The notes beneath the pieces were generated by a model. It saw only the letters and a program-made list of their open reading frames with translations, did not search any database and had not been told where the DNA came from. The translations under genes were made by a program, and so were the position numbers. Of a stretch of 64,000 bases of DNA, positions 1-8,054 are shown in pieces; the stretch's first letter is position 1; every line of letters starts with the position of its first letter. Source of the stretch: a plasmid; sequence record NZ_CP145111.1; one strand, given 5' to 3'.

Positions 1-1350
1 GGTGCTTACACCGCTCTTGCAGACAAGAGTCAAAATGTTACTGTAACTGGTACTAATGCCATTTACTCAAAGCCAGGTACTGTTAAGGGTGCCAAGGTCG
101 TTGCTTCTAAGAAGACAGTTGCTAAGTTAGCTGCTTCTAAGAAGTCTAGCGACACTTTCTACGCATACGGTACTAAGACTACTAACCGTGGTTCCGTATA
201 CTACAAGATCGTTACTATGGACAAGAAGTACCGTGGTTACATCTACGGTGGTAAGACTGCCGGTACTTTTGCTGGTGGTATCAAGACTACTGAAACTATG
301 ACCAAGGCAACTATGCCTAAGGAAACCACAGTTTACTTTGCAAATCCTGGTACTACTAATGTTACTTGGACTGCGCCAAAGAATACTGATATCCACGCGA
401 AGAAGAACGTTGTTAATACAACTCCATTTGCTGGTGATAAATTAACGATTACTGATGCAGCCACTAAGACAAAAGAAGGTAGCTTATACTACTACGTTAA
501 GGATGCTACTCATCCTTCAGTTAGTGGCTGGATCTACAGTGGCGCTGTTACTGCTGATTCGTCAGTCTCTTACAATCAAGCTACTGATGTTAAGGTTAAC
601 TTTGTAAGTCCTGAGGGTACTGCTGTTGCATCATCTACTTTACAAAAGCTTACCAAAAACAATGCAGCCAACAATGATATTTCTAAGCCAGCTGTAGCTG
701 CAAATGCTAAGGGTACACAAGTTGGTTTTGATGCTAAAACTAAGGCAAACGATGCTTGGGGTAAGACCGCATTAACTGGTACTGGCTATGTTTACTCCTC
801 AAAGACTGCAAGTAACCAGGCTGCACTTCTTGGTGCCAAGACCGGTGATACGATCACTTTGACGGTTACTAAGGGTACGCAAGTTGTTCAAGGACTTTCT
901 GCTTACTACCAAAAGGGTACTACGGTTACTCAATTAGTTGCTGAAGATAAGAGTGGTACTAGTACTGTTCCTTTGAACCTCCAAGTAAAGTTCCCTACTT
1001 TGGGTGCTGCATTTGCTGGTTCTGAAGGTGCTACTTACACTGCTGCTGATGTTCAAAGCTTCTTGACTACTAACAAGGCCGACACTTTGAACTCAGCTGA
1101 TTACGCTAAGAATAGTAAAGGTGAAATTGTTAAGCCTACGGATAATAGTGCGTTAGGCGTTGATGGAAAGGCTATTGGGTCTAGTTCCACCAAAAAGGCA
1201 CAAGTTTACCATACTGTTTACACGTTAACTTCTGGTGTTGCTGGTACCTATACTGCTAGTGGTAAGGCTTCTGCCTTCTACAACACTGCTAAGGAAGTTA
1301 AGGGTTCTGCTACTACTACTAATACTGGTGCCGTTAGCGTCTTCGGTTAA
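1..1350 (+). CDS. C-terminal portion of a repetitive extracellular/cell-surface protein (5' end outside window)
   Basis: Frame 1 open from base 1 to stop at 1348-1350. Thr/Ala/Gly/Lys/Ser-rich low-complexity repeats typical of Lactobacillales surface proteins. No LPXTG seen. Strong terminator follows. Confidence 0.55.
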   Translation, partial: GAYTALADKSQNVTVTGTNAIYSKPGTVKGAKVVASKKTVAKLAASKKSSDTFYAYGTKTTNRGSVYYKIVTMDKKYRGYIYGGKTAGTFAGGIKTTETMTKATMPKETTVYFANPGTTNVTWTAPKNTDIHAKKNVVNTTPFAGDKLTITDAATKTKEGSLYYYVKDATHPSVSGWIYSGAVTADSSVSYNQATDVKVNFVSPEGTAVASSTLQKLTKNNAANNDISKPAVAANAKGTQVGFDAKTKANDAWGKTALTGTGYVYSSKTASNQAALLGAKTGDTITLTVTKGTQVVQGLSAYYQKGTTVTQLVAEDKSGTSTVPLNLQVKFPTLGAAFAGSEGATYTAADVQSFLTTNKADTLNSADYAKNSKGEIVKPTDNSALGVDGKAIGSSSTKKAQVYHTVYTLTSGVAGTYTASGKASAFYNTAKEVKGSATTTNTGAVSVFG

Positions 1351-1374
1351 TAGTAAATATTTATTTATAGTAAG

Positions 1375-1407
1375 AAAGCCTGAATTTTTAGATTCAGGCT
1401 TTTTTAT
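1375..1407 (+). terminator. rho-independent terminator
   Basis: Hairpin AAGCCTGAATttttaGATTCAGGCTT followed by a T6 run. Confidence 0.65.
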
Positions 1408-1516
1408 ATTCAACTTGATTATATAATTTTGTATACGTAATACGGCAGTAGGCATCTGGCTGAACAGTGTGCGATCCATGGTATTTGCATATTTTTTGAT
1501 GATATAAAACATCCTT

Positions 1517-1828
1517 TTAAATAAATTCCAGATCCATTAGGGACTCTTCCAAGCTATCAATGGTTTCATTGCGTTCCATATAATCAACCCAGCCATCATA
1601 AGATTTTCGCTGACGGGGCTTCATGGCTGAACTCAATTTGGCTTGGATATTGCTAATGAATTTAATGACAGCACTGCTGGTCTCATTTTTAATGCGCAGG
1701 CTACTCCACTTTTTATTGGTGGGGCGGTCTGCGTTTTGTTCGTTTAAGAACGCAGCATATTTATCTCGAAAATTATCGACAATCTGACTGTTTGCTTCCA
1801 AGTATTCTTCTAATTCAAACGTTGTCAT
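1517..1828 (-). CDS. hypothetical protein (103 aa)
   Basis: ORF with RBS GGAGGCTG upstream of ATG (MTTFELEEY...). Sits where an integrase would be expected, but has no recombinase motifs. Confidence 0.45.
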   Translation of the reverse strand: MTTFELEEYLEANSQIVDNFRDKYAAFLNEQNADRPTNKKWSSLRIKNETSSAVIKFISNIQAKLSSAMKPRQRKSYDGWVDYMERNETIDSLEESLMDLEFI

Positions 1829-1954
1829 AATAGCAGCCTCCATATTTAAGTTGTGAATCAACTGATTACATAGGACTCGGACCCATGACCAACCACCCGG
1901 CTAATCAAACGTACGTTCTTTTGAAGTGCTAAGATAAGTCCCCATATAGGGGAC

Positions 1955-2632
1955 TTAAAGGATTACAATACCCTTTATTTTGAAGCTTTCATTCTCAGTG
2001 ACATCCATTGGCGCATATTCAGGGTTCAGGCTGATCAATTGGCATTCATAACTATTTCGATGGTACTTTTTAACGTATGCTTTTCCATCTACGTATGCAA
2101 TAATAATTTGGCCATTAAATGCTTCTTCGGCATATTTAACAAAAATTATTTGCTGATCAGTAAATAATGGTTTCATTGAATCGCCGTTAACTTGTAAAGC
2201 ATAATCGTAATCAGGAATTATACCGGTGTAATCAACTTCTGTTGTATCATCTTGTAACTCCTCACCAGTACCAGCAGATACGGCGCCGAGAAGCTTAATT
2301 TTAGTCCTAGGTATATGAATGACATTGCTGTTTTGCTCTTTTAGCTGCCTATTAGCATAATCATAGACGTTTTGTTGACGATCTGATGTTAGGTCAGACA
2401 CTATATTGTTTATCTTTTCAGGTAAACTGCCGTTAGAAAGCCCCATTAATTCAGCAAGGGAAACATGCAAAGCGCTTGCAACATGCGCAACCACTTCAAT
2501 TGGTAGTTTTTCTATATCGCCTTTTTCATATCTGAATATTGTAGACCTAGAAACACCAATGGCTTCTGCAAGCACGTCGGCACTTATACCTTGCTGTTTG
2601 CGAATAGCTTTCATTCTTTCACCAACATTCAT
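1955..2632 (-). CDS. phage CI-like repressor (HTH_XRE + S24 LexA-like peptidase)
   Basis: N-terminal HTH GISADVLAEAIGVSRSTIFRYEKG. C-terminal S24 motifs (GDSMKP ... K). Divergently arranged to the cro-like gene. Confidence 0.85.
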   Translation of the reverse strand: MNVGERMKAIRKQQGISADVLAEAIGVSRSTIFRYEKGDIEKLPIEVVAHVASALHVSLAELMGLSNGSLPEKINNIVSDLTSDRQQNVYDYANRQLKEQNSNVIHIPRTKIKLLGAVSAGTGEELQDDTTEVDYTGIIPDYDYALQVNGDSMKPLFTDQQIIFVKYAEEAFNGQIIIAYVDGKAYVKKYHRNSYECQLISLNPEYAPMDVTENESFKIKGIVIL

Positions 2633-2799
2633 TTACAATTCCCTCCTTAATATGATAATTTTAGTATACCATATTGTCGCAAAAATGCAACAATAAAAAG
2701 TCGCGTTTTTGCGATCTTGCTATTGCATTTTGCGAAGTTAAGCATTATACTTTATTCATTGAGTCGCAGCAATGCGACTAGGAAGGAGAGGCTACCTAT
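2633..2799. promoter_or_regulatory. genetic-switch intergenic region with operator repeats
   Basis: Four operator-like sites of consensus TCGCA-N4-5-TGCGA (about 2677-2691, 2701-2714, 2726-2738, 2765-2778), including the perfect palindrome GTCGCAGCAATGCGAC. AT-rich -10-like elements on both strands. Confidence 0.5.
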
Positions 2800-3048
2800 A
2801 TGTTAGATATTAAAATTGATCGTCTAAAAGGGCTGATGGTTGAACGGCATGTAACTCACGAAGCATTGTCAATGGCTTTGGGAATTAACCGGAGCACTTT
2901 ATCTAGAAAATTAAAAGATGGCGGAAACAAGTTTACAATTGATGAAATAAAAAAAATGCAAAATTTTATTCCTCTTACAAATGAAGAAGTAGTTGACATT
3001 TTTTTAACAGAAAAAGTCGCATTAACGCGACCAAAACAATCAGTATAG
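2800..3048 (+). CDS. Cro-like HTH regulator (82 aa)
   Basis: HTH ALSMALGINRSTLSRKL. First gene of the rightward early operon. RBS GGAAGGAGAG. Confidence 0.7.
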   Translation: MLDIKIDRLKGLMVERHVTHEALSMALGINRSTLSRKLKDGGNKFTIDEIKKMQNFIPLTNEEVVDIFLTEKVALTRPKQSV

Positions 3049-3054
3049 AAAGGA

Positions 3055-3291
3055 ATGATCCACATGACAGATAAAAACGATGCATATAAAAAAATTGCTA
3101 AAGGAGTTGCTTGTCTAAATCAAGTTGAGTGGGGCATGACTAAAAGCATTATTGATCGATTGTTTGAAAAAAAGATCTCCCATATTCAACTTAACGACTC
3201 TGATCTTCAAAAAAATTTGGCAGACTATTTTGAAGATCAGAATAAAAGCGAAATGGACGATCTTTTCAAAAGTTTCCCATCTAAACCATAA
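3055..3291 (+). CDS. hypothetical early protein (78 aa, N-terminus MIHM)
   Basis: Begins inside the conserved block GAAAGGAATGATCCACATGA. Confidence 0.45.
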   Translation: MIHMTDKNDAYKKIAKGVACLNQVEWGMTKSIIDRLFEKKISHIQLNDSDLQKNLADYFEDQNKSEMDDLFKSFPSKP

Positions 3292-3293
3292 AT

Positions 3294-3527
3294 TTAGTGA
3301 TAACTATTTGTTTTGGAAAATTTGAATTCTCTTATTAAATCTTCATCATTCATTTTTTCCAGAAGGTGTTTGATCACAGGAAGTTGGCTTTTTAGAAATG
3401 GAACTAAATTAGAGTCATCCGTAACTTCCGATTCGATTTTGGGATCATGAGTCAGATCCATAAGCATATAACCTGTTAAAGCTGAAATAATAAACTTTCG
3501 ATCAGATTCTAATAAAAATTTTGTCAT
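3294..3527 (-). CDS. hypothetical protein (78 aa)
   Basis: Minus-strand ORF MTKFLLESDRK... with RBS GAGGTG 6 nt before ATG. The longer track ORF to 3626 is an upstream extension. Confidence 0.45.
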   Translation of the reverse strand: MTKFLLESDRKFIISALTGYMLMDLTHDPKIESEVTDDSNLVPFLKSQLPVIKHLLEKMNDEDLIREFKFSKTNSYH

Positions 3528-3576
3528 ATTATTCACCTCGATCAATTGGAATAACTCAAGTATACAACTGAAAGGA

Positions 3577-4293
3577 ATGAACCACATGAATGACTTAGTA
3601 ATCATGAAAGACAAACAAGCAGTCACAAGTAGCTTGCAAGTAGCAGATACCTTTGGTAAGCGACATGATCACGTGGCAGATAGTATTGATAGCTTAAAAA
3701 AAGATGTCCCCAATTTTGGGGAGATGTTTATCGAAACCAATTTACCAGATTCTTATGGTCGGAACCGACGCGGATATTACATGAACCGTGATGGTTTCAC
3801 CTTACTAGCAATGGGATTCACTGGTAGCAAGGCGCTTCAATTCAAACTCCAGTACATTGATGCATTCAACGAGATGGAAGATCAAGTTAAATTTCAAGTT
3901 CCAGCTACGTTGCCAGAAGCATTACGTTTGGCCGCTGACCAAGCAGAGAAAATTTCAGTGCTGCAGCCTAAAGCAGACTACACCGACAAAATGTTAGCTA
4001 ATCCAGGATTGGAAACAACATCGGTAATCGCTAAGAACTACGGCTACTCAACACGTGAGTTTAATAAGCTGCTGCACGGACTGGGCATTCAATACAAGCA
4101 GGGTAAAACATGGCTGTTGTATGCCAAGTATCAGAATCAAGGATACACACACGTTGAGCCTTACGGATACACCAACAGTGATGGCATCGACAAGGTACGC
4201 AACACAATGAAGTGGACGCAAAAAGGGCAACATTTCCTTTATGACTTTCTTGAATCAAAGGGAATCATGCCTAAAGTTGAGCAGACATCATAA
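3577..4293 (+). CDS. phage antirepressor, Rha N-terminal / KilA-C (ANT) C-terminal
   Basis: N-terminus MNDLVIMKDKQAVTSSLQVADTFGKRHDHV is typical of the Rha family. C-terminal ANT-like region. Confidence 0.75.
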   Translation: MNHMNDLVIMKDKQAVTSSLQVADTFGKRHDHVADSIDSLKKDVPNFGEMFIETNLPDSYGRNRRGYYMNRDGFTLLAMGFTGSKALQFKLQYIDAFNEMEDQVKFQVPATLPEALRLAADQAEKISVLQPKADYTDKMLANPGLETTSVIAKNYGYSTREFNKLLHGLGIQYKQGKTWLLYAKYQNQGYTHVEPYGYTNSDGIDKVRNTMKWTQKGQHFLYDFLESKGIMPKVEQTS

Positions 4294-4305
4294 GGAGGTG
4301 AGCTG

Positions 4306-4491
4306 ATGAAGCTACTACGTCATCACATTACGTTGTACTTCAATGAAAAAAACGAGGCAGTTTTTGAATCTTGGATTCAATTGAGCCTGTTCGGCAGAAA
4401 CTTTTACTTTTCTGACGACAAGATTCTACTGAATCCAGAATCTGCAAACGACCTCGTCGTGTTAGAAAGATTAGTTAGAAATGCTAATTAA
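4306..4491 (+). CDS. small protein B1 (61 aa), paralog of 6014-6211
   Basis: Strong RBS AAGGAGGTGA. Shares NEKNEAVFESWIQL with the 6014 ORF. Convergent with 4484-4657, with overlapping stops. Confidence 0.45.
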   Translation: MKLLRHHITLYFNEKNEAVFESWIQLSLFGRNFYFSDDKILLNPESANDLVVLERLVRNAN

Positions 4492-4657
4492 CCTTTTTCC
4501 ACTTGTTGTGAGTTCCCTGACTAGTTGGCGGTAATGTTGAAGTATTGTTCTTCATCGTTGCGTGATGAGGATTAGATACTTTCCCGCCTCGTGGTCCCAC
4601 TTCAATGTATCGACCGGATTTGACATTATCAATACCCGGTTCAAATAGCTTGGCCAT
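4484..4657 (-). CDS. small protein A1 (57 aa), LFEPG..GPRGGK family
   Basis: RBS AAGGAGGTG 6 nt before ATG. Motif MAKLFEPGIDNVKSGRYIEVGPRGGK is shared with the 6208 and 6441 ORFs. Confidence 0.5.
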   Translation of the reverse strand: MAKLFEPGIDNVKSGRYIEVGPRGGKVSNPHHATMKNNTSTLPPTSQGTHNKWKKVN

Positions 4658-4751
4658 AATTTTCACCTCCTTTGTGACAATTATGCCACTTAAAAGGTGG
4701 ATAGAATTATTTTTTAAGCAAATCGAAGTTGAGCAGACAGAATAGAAAGGA

Positions 4752-5072
4752 ATGATCCACATGAATGACAGCTTAAACGAAAGCGTCATTAAAATCTTGT
4801 CTTCAAAAGAAAGAAGCCTTATGACTGCTGGCGTTTTACCTAAGCATGTAACCATCGCGATTGGCACGCTAGAAATTGATTTAACGATTGAAAGGGTTGG
4901 AGAGAGTGTAAATGCTGATTTTGATAATAAAAAAAGGCTCAAGACATTGTCCAAGTCTAATAGCCTTGAAGCTTTTCTAAGTGCCTCAAAATTGATTAAA
5001 GAGCTTTTTAACGATGAACAAATAACTGAAAGGAATGATCCACACGAAAGAACTAATCAAAGTAAACGTTAA
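4752..5072 (+). CDS. hypothetical early protein (MIHM N-terminus)
   Basis: Starts in the conserved block GAAAGGAATGATCCACATGAATGAC. The 3' end runs through the next copy of the block. Confidence 0.4.
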   Translation: MIHMNDSLNESVIKILSSKERSLMTAGVLPKHVTIAIGTLEIDLTIERVGESVNADFDNKKRLKTLSKSNSLEAFLSASKLIKELFNDEQITERNDPHERTNQSKR

Positions 5073-5301
5073 CACCAAAAAATACCTGCTGACTATTGTC
5101 CATCAGGAAATGAGAACTTTTGTTTTTGCAGATAATGTGTTGCTGAATGGTGTGTTTTATATTGATTTTGAAATTAAGCCCCATGATCCTGATGATTACT
5201 CTTCTGAAGCTAAATGTGTTTTGACAGTTGATAAGAACAAGTTTGCTCAGAATCATAAGGGCGCTAGGATTCTGTACGAAGATGGACAGTTATTTCAATA
5301 G
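5035..5301 (+). CDS. hypothetical early protein (88 aa, MIHT N-terminus)
   Basis: Uses the first ATG of a block copy in which the second ATG is mutated to ACG. Confidence 0.4.
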   Translation: MIHTKELIKVNVNTKKYLLTIVHQEMRTFVFADNVLLNGVFYIDFEIKPHDPDDYSSEAKCVLTVDKNKFAQNHKGARILYEDGQLFQ

Positions 5302-5503
5302 GGTCAATGTCAATGTGAGCAATTACGTCACGGCTAAACTGCCATTCTCTCATTGTTTCTTGAGCATCATGCATAGTCTCGAAATGCTGACGGCTAAATG
5401 AAAAACTTTTCCTATGATCATGTATAGCTTCTTTAACCAATGAATCAAAATATTTAAAATCGGCATCTTTAAGCTTTTCTTTGAAGCCATCTTCCAAACT
5501 CAT
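5264..5503 (-). CDS. hypothetical protein (~79 aa)
   Basis: MSLEDGFKEKLKDADFKYF... Convergent with 5035-5301 with a 38-nt 3' overlap. Confidence 0.4.
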   Translation of the reverse strand: MSLEDGFKEKLKDADFKYFDSLVKEAIHDHRKSFSFSRQHFETMHDAQETMREWQFSRDVIAHIDIDPIEITVHLRTES

Positions 5504-5558
5504 TTTTTTGATTTCCCCCCAACTTGATTTGCTTAATCCAATTATACAACTGAAAGGA

Positions 5559-5714
5559 ATGATCCACATGAAGAAACTGATCAACGTTTTATGGGCAATT
5601 GAAAAAGACCTCCATGTTATCGCAAGTAACACGGAAGCCCATAAGAATGGGAACAGCTCAGTAACCATAACCCCAAAAGGAACTATTGTTAGAAGCAAAA
5701 GGATAAATTACTAG
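5559..5714 (+). CDS. small hypothetical protein (51 aa, MIHM N-terminus)
   Basis: Starts in the conserved block. Stop overlaps the stop of 5711-5944 on the tetranucleotide CTAG. Confidence 0.35.
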   Translation: MIHMKKLINVLWAIEKDLHVIASNTEAHKNGNSSVTITPKGTIVRSKRINY

Positions 5715-5944
5715 TTCTGATCCTGAAAATTGTTATTTGGAGAATCGTAATTAGGTGTGAGGGATCCGTCTGCCTGTTTAATCCAATTGAAATTAGAGAG
5801 AAGCGTTGCTTTCCCAGCGGTTTGCTCAATGATTAGGATTAACCCATTGGAGTATTCATAACGTGCCTTGACGAAATCAGCACGTTGCTCAATTACTTTG
5901 AAATCCTTGGGCATTCCTTTTGGAGTATTAACTTTAATTTCCAT
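5711..5944 (-). CDS. hypothetical protein (77 aa)
   Basis: RBS GAGGTG 8 nt before ATG. The start lies within the conserved divergent block. Confidence 0.45.
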   Translation of the reverse strand: MEIKVNTPKGMPKDFKVIEQRADFVKARYEYSNGLILIIEQTAGKATLLSNFNWIKQADGSLTPNYDSPNNNFQDQN

Positions 5945-6013
5945 TATTTTATCACCTCGATTAATTGGAATAACTCAAGTATATAACTGAAAAAAGAAGA
6001 CAGCATAAGGTAG

Positions 6014-6211
6014 ATGATAAAAATGATTCATCATTACATTACAGAATATCGTAACGAAAAAAACGAAGTTGTATTTGAGTCTTGGATTCAACTTAATTTT
6101 TTAGGACTGGTGTGGTGCTATTCCATTAAAAGCTATGTTTTGGATCCTGGAAAAGACAGCTCCGGTGTAATTGAAAGCTTTTTAAAAACCGTGTCATATC
6201 ATGAACGCTAG
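6014..6211 (+). CDS. small protein B2 (65 aa), paralog of 4306-4491
   Basis: Shares NEKNEVVFESWIQL. Convergent with 6208-6393, with stops overlapping on CTAG. Confidence 0.45.
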   Translation: MIKMIHHYITEYRNEKNEVVFESWIQLNFLGLVWCYSIKSYVLDPGKDSSGVIESFLKTVSYHER

Positions 6212-6393
6212 TCTGTTTCCCTGCTAGCATGCTTCCACTTGTTGTGAGTATTGGCACTAACTGGTGGTAAACGATGACCAGATATGCGTATGGTAGCTTG
6301 TCTTGGATTCTTAAGCTTTCCACCTCGAGGGCCAACTTCAAGATATTTACCGATTGGAACGTTGTCAGTACCTGGTTCAAATAGTCTAACCAT
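6208..6393 (-). CDS. small protein A2 (60 aa), LFEPG..GPRGGK family
   Basis: RBS GAGGTG then ATG (MVRLFEPGTDNVPIGKYLEVGPRGGK). Coordinates follow the supplied ORF track frame. Confidence 0.5.
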   Translation of the reverse strand: MVRLFEPGTDNVPIGKYLEVGPRGGKLKNPRQATIRISGHRLPPVSANTHNKWKHASRETD

Positions 6394-6440
6394 ACTATTC
6401 ACCTCGATCAGTTTGAATAATGGCTATCGAACTAGCATAA

Positions 6441-6677
6441 CTATTTCGATTTTATGTGAGGATAAAAGAACTCTACTTTATTTGGATCGAAAATGATGCT
6501 GCTGAGAATATTTCCAGATTCATCGGTGAGATTGGCAGTTATAAGCAAATTGTCTGGTACACGTCCCTTACCGCCTAAAGGGCCTCTGATAAACAATTCG
6601 GTTCCACTATCAAAGTGAATGTTAAAAACGTTGTCGGTCTTTGAAAGAGCATTTTGCAAAATTTCTGAACTATTCAT
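6441..6677 (-). CDS. small protein A3 (78 aa), divergent member of the GP(R/L)GGK family
   Basis: RBS GAGGTG. Shares ELFIRGPLGGKG with A1/A2. Lies in tandem upstream of A2. Confidence 0.5.
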   Translation of the reverse strand: MNSSEILQNALSKTDNVFNIHFDSGTELFIRGPLGGKGRVPDNLLITANLTDESGNILSSIIFDPNKVEFFYPHIKSK

Positions 6678-6791
6678 AAAATCACCTCAAAATTAATTAT
6701 ACGCCTAAAAAGGAATGGTTATATGTAGCTTTAGAATCTTGGTAAATCAATAGGGTTAAGAACGTATCAACGGAAAGGAATGGTTATATAT

Positions 6792-6950
6792 ATGTACGAA
6801 GTTTACCTGCTAGTTGGCTTTCTAGCCTTCTGGCTAACAGTAATTGTATTGATCGCCTCAGCCGGTTATCAGCTACGGAAGTCAGTGGTACGTGCTGGCG
6901 GATGGGTACCATTTTGGAAAAACTTTTTTGGAATGGAGGAAAGCAAATGA
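6792..6950 (+). CDS. small hydrophobic membrane peptide (52 aa)
   Basis: MYEVYLLVGFLAFWLTVIVLIASAGYQL... One TM segment followed by a basic/aromatic tail. Preceded by the block variant GGAAAGGAATGGTTATATATATG. Not in the ORF track (<60 aa). Confidence 0.4.
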   Translation: MYEVYLLVGFLAFWLTVIVLIASAGYQLRKSVVRAGGWVPFWKNFFGMEESK

Positions 6951-7053
6951 AATTATGGCACAAAAAAAGAGTCCTGGGGGACAGCCCAGAACTCACCGAA
7001 AGATTACATGAATCAAGCATTTTCAATATGAATTCTACACTGAAAAAGGGGCG

Positions 7054-7314
7054 TTGGCAATGGCTTTAGGCGGAACTACCGCAGAATATGACCGGAAATT
7101 TTCTACGCCGGTAGTCACACACATCAATCGGACTGACGAGGAACAAGCGATCTTAGAGCATAACGCCCGCATTGCAGCGTTAAAAACATATGCAGTGGAA
7201 CTGCGCGCACACTTTAAAAATAGTGAGGACGAAAAGCATAAGCGGCATTTGGCATTGAAAATCGACCGCACTAATCAGCGATTGGAACAGCTACGAACGG
7301 AGGATACAAAATGA
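7054..7314 (+). CDS. hypothetical protein (86 aa)
   Basis: ORF with charged coiled-coil-like C-terminus. Overlaps the next gene by 4 nt. Confidence 0.45.
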   Translation: MAMALGGTTAEYDRKFSTPVVTHINRTDEEQAILEHNARIAALKTYAVELRAHFKNSEDEKHKRHLALKIDRTNQRLEQLRTEDTK

Positions 7315-7532
7315 AATTAGCTGAAATAATTGGCGAAAACTTACGTGTATTGATGGCTGTAAAGCAAGTAACCGTAAGCAAAGTACACCAAGAGACCAAC
7401 ATATCAAGATCAACCCTAGCAACGATTAAATCAGGGGAGTTCAAGATGATTCAAACAAGAATTTTGGAAACACTCGCTAATTATTTCGAAGTGCCCGTTG
7501 CTCAGCTAGTTACACCATTTGAGGAGGAATAG
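7311..7532 (+). CDS. HTH_XRE family DNA-binding protein (73 aa)
   Basis: HTH VHQETNISRSTLATIKSGE. Confidence 0.6.
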   Translation: MKLAEIIGENLRVLMAVKQVTVSKVHQETNISRSTLATIKSGEFKMIQTRILETLANYFEVPVAQLVTPFEEE

Positions 7533-7534
7533 GA

Positions 7535-8041
7535 ATGGCAAAAACCGCGTTAGAACTCTACCGACGTTACGAGCTTTTAAACGATCTGATGGGTAGCAAG
7601 ATCAGCAAATACAAAGACGAGATCGACTATGAAACGGATAAAAAGGCATTTGAACAAGATAAGACACTAGTTACAGCTCGTCAGCAGGCACTGCAAGCAG
7701 AAGTTGATGAAGCCTATGGCGAGTTCTTATCCGCTATGGACGGACATGAATCCTTAGATGGCGTTGATCGGGTTCGACATGATCCTTTTAAGAAAAACAG
7801 TTGGCAAGTTAAAGCTAAACTAACCCGTGCCAAGATTGGCAAGCTACCCGACGAGTCTGTACTACAGCAAGCGGTGCAAGAGTACCGGGAGCTTAATGAG
7901 TCACAAATTAAGCAAATGCTGGCTAATGGTGAAATTGCTAAGAGCGGTGATCATATTGTCGGGCCTGGCAATGAGAAGCTGGACGACTATATTTCCGTTG
8001 AAATCAAGCCAGACGAATTTAAAGAAACTAACTCAAAATAA
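7535..8041 (+). CDS. hypothetical protein of the recombination module (168 aa)
   Basis: ORF immediately upstream of the ERF-like gene, translationally coupled. Confidence 0.5.
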   Translation: MAKTALELYRRYELLNDLMGSKISKYKDEIDYETDKKAFEQDKTLVTARQQALQAEVDEAYGEFLSAMDGHESLDGVDRVRHDPFKKNSWQVKAKLTRAKIGKLPDESVLQQAVQEYRELNESQIKQMLANGEIAKSGDHIVGPGNEKLDDYISVEIKPDEFKETNSK

Positions 8042-8054
8042 GTAGGAGACAAAC

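Noticed and set aside
1871-1910. Minus-strand tRNA 3'-fragment-like sequence (GGGTCCGAGTCC) next to the cI gene as an attachment-site remnant
   Set aside because: The T-loop is non-canonical. No acceptor or CCA context could be folded.
1408-1955. Integrase or excisionase at the prophage left end
   Set aside because: The only ORF (1517-1828, 103 aa) has no tyrosine or serine recombinase motifs. No recombinase is found anywhere in the 38-kb prophage. The serine resolvase at 55919 is 16 kb away, in plasmid-like context.
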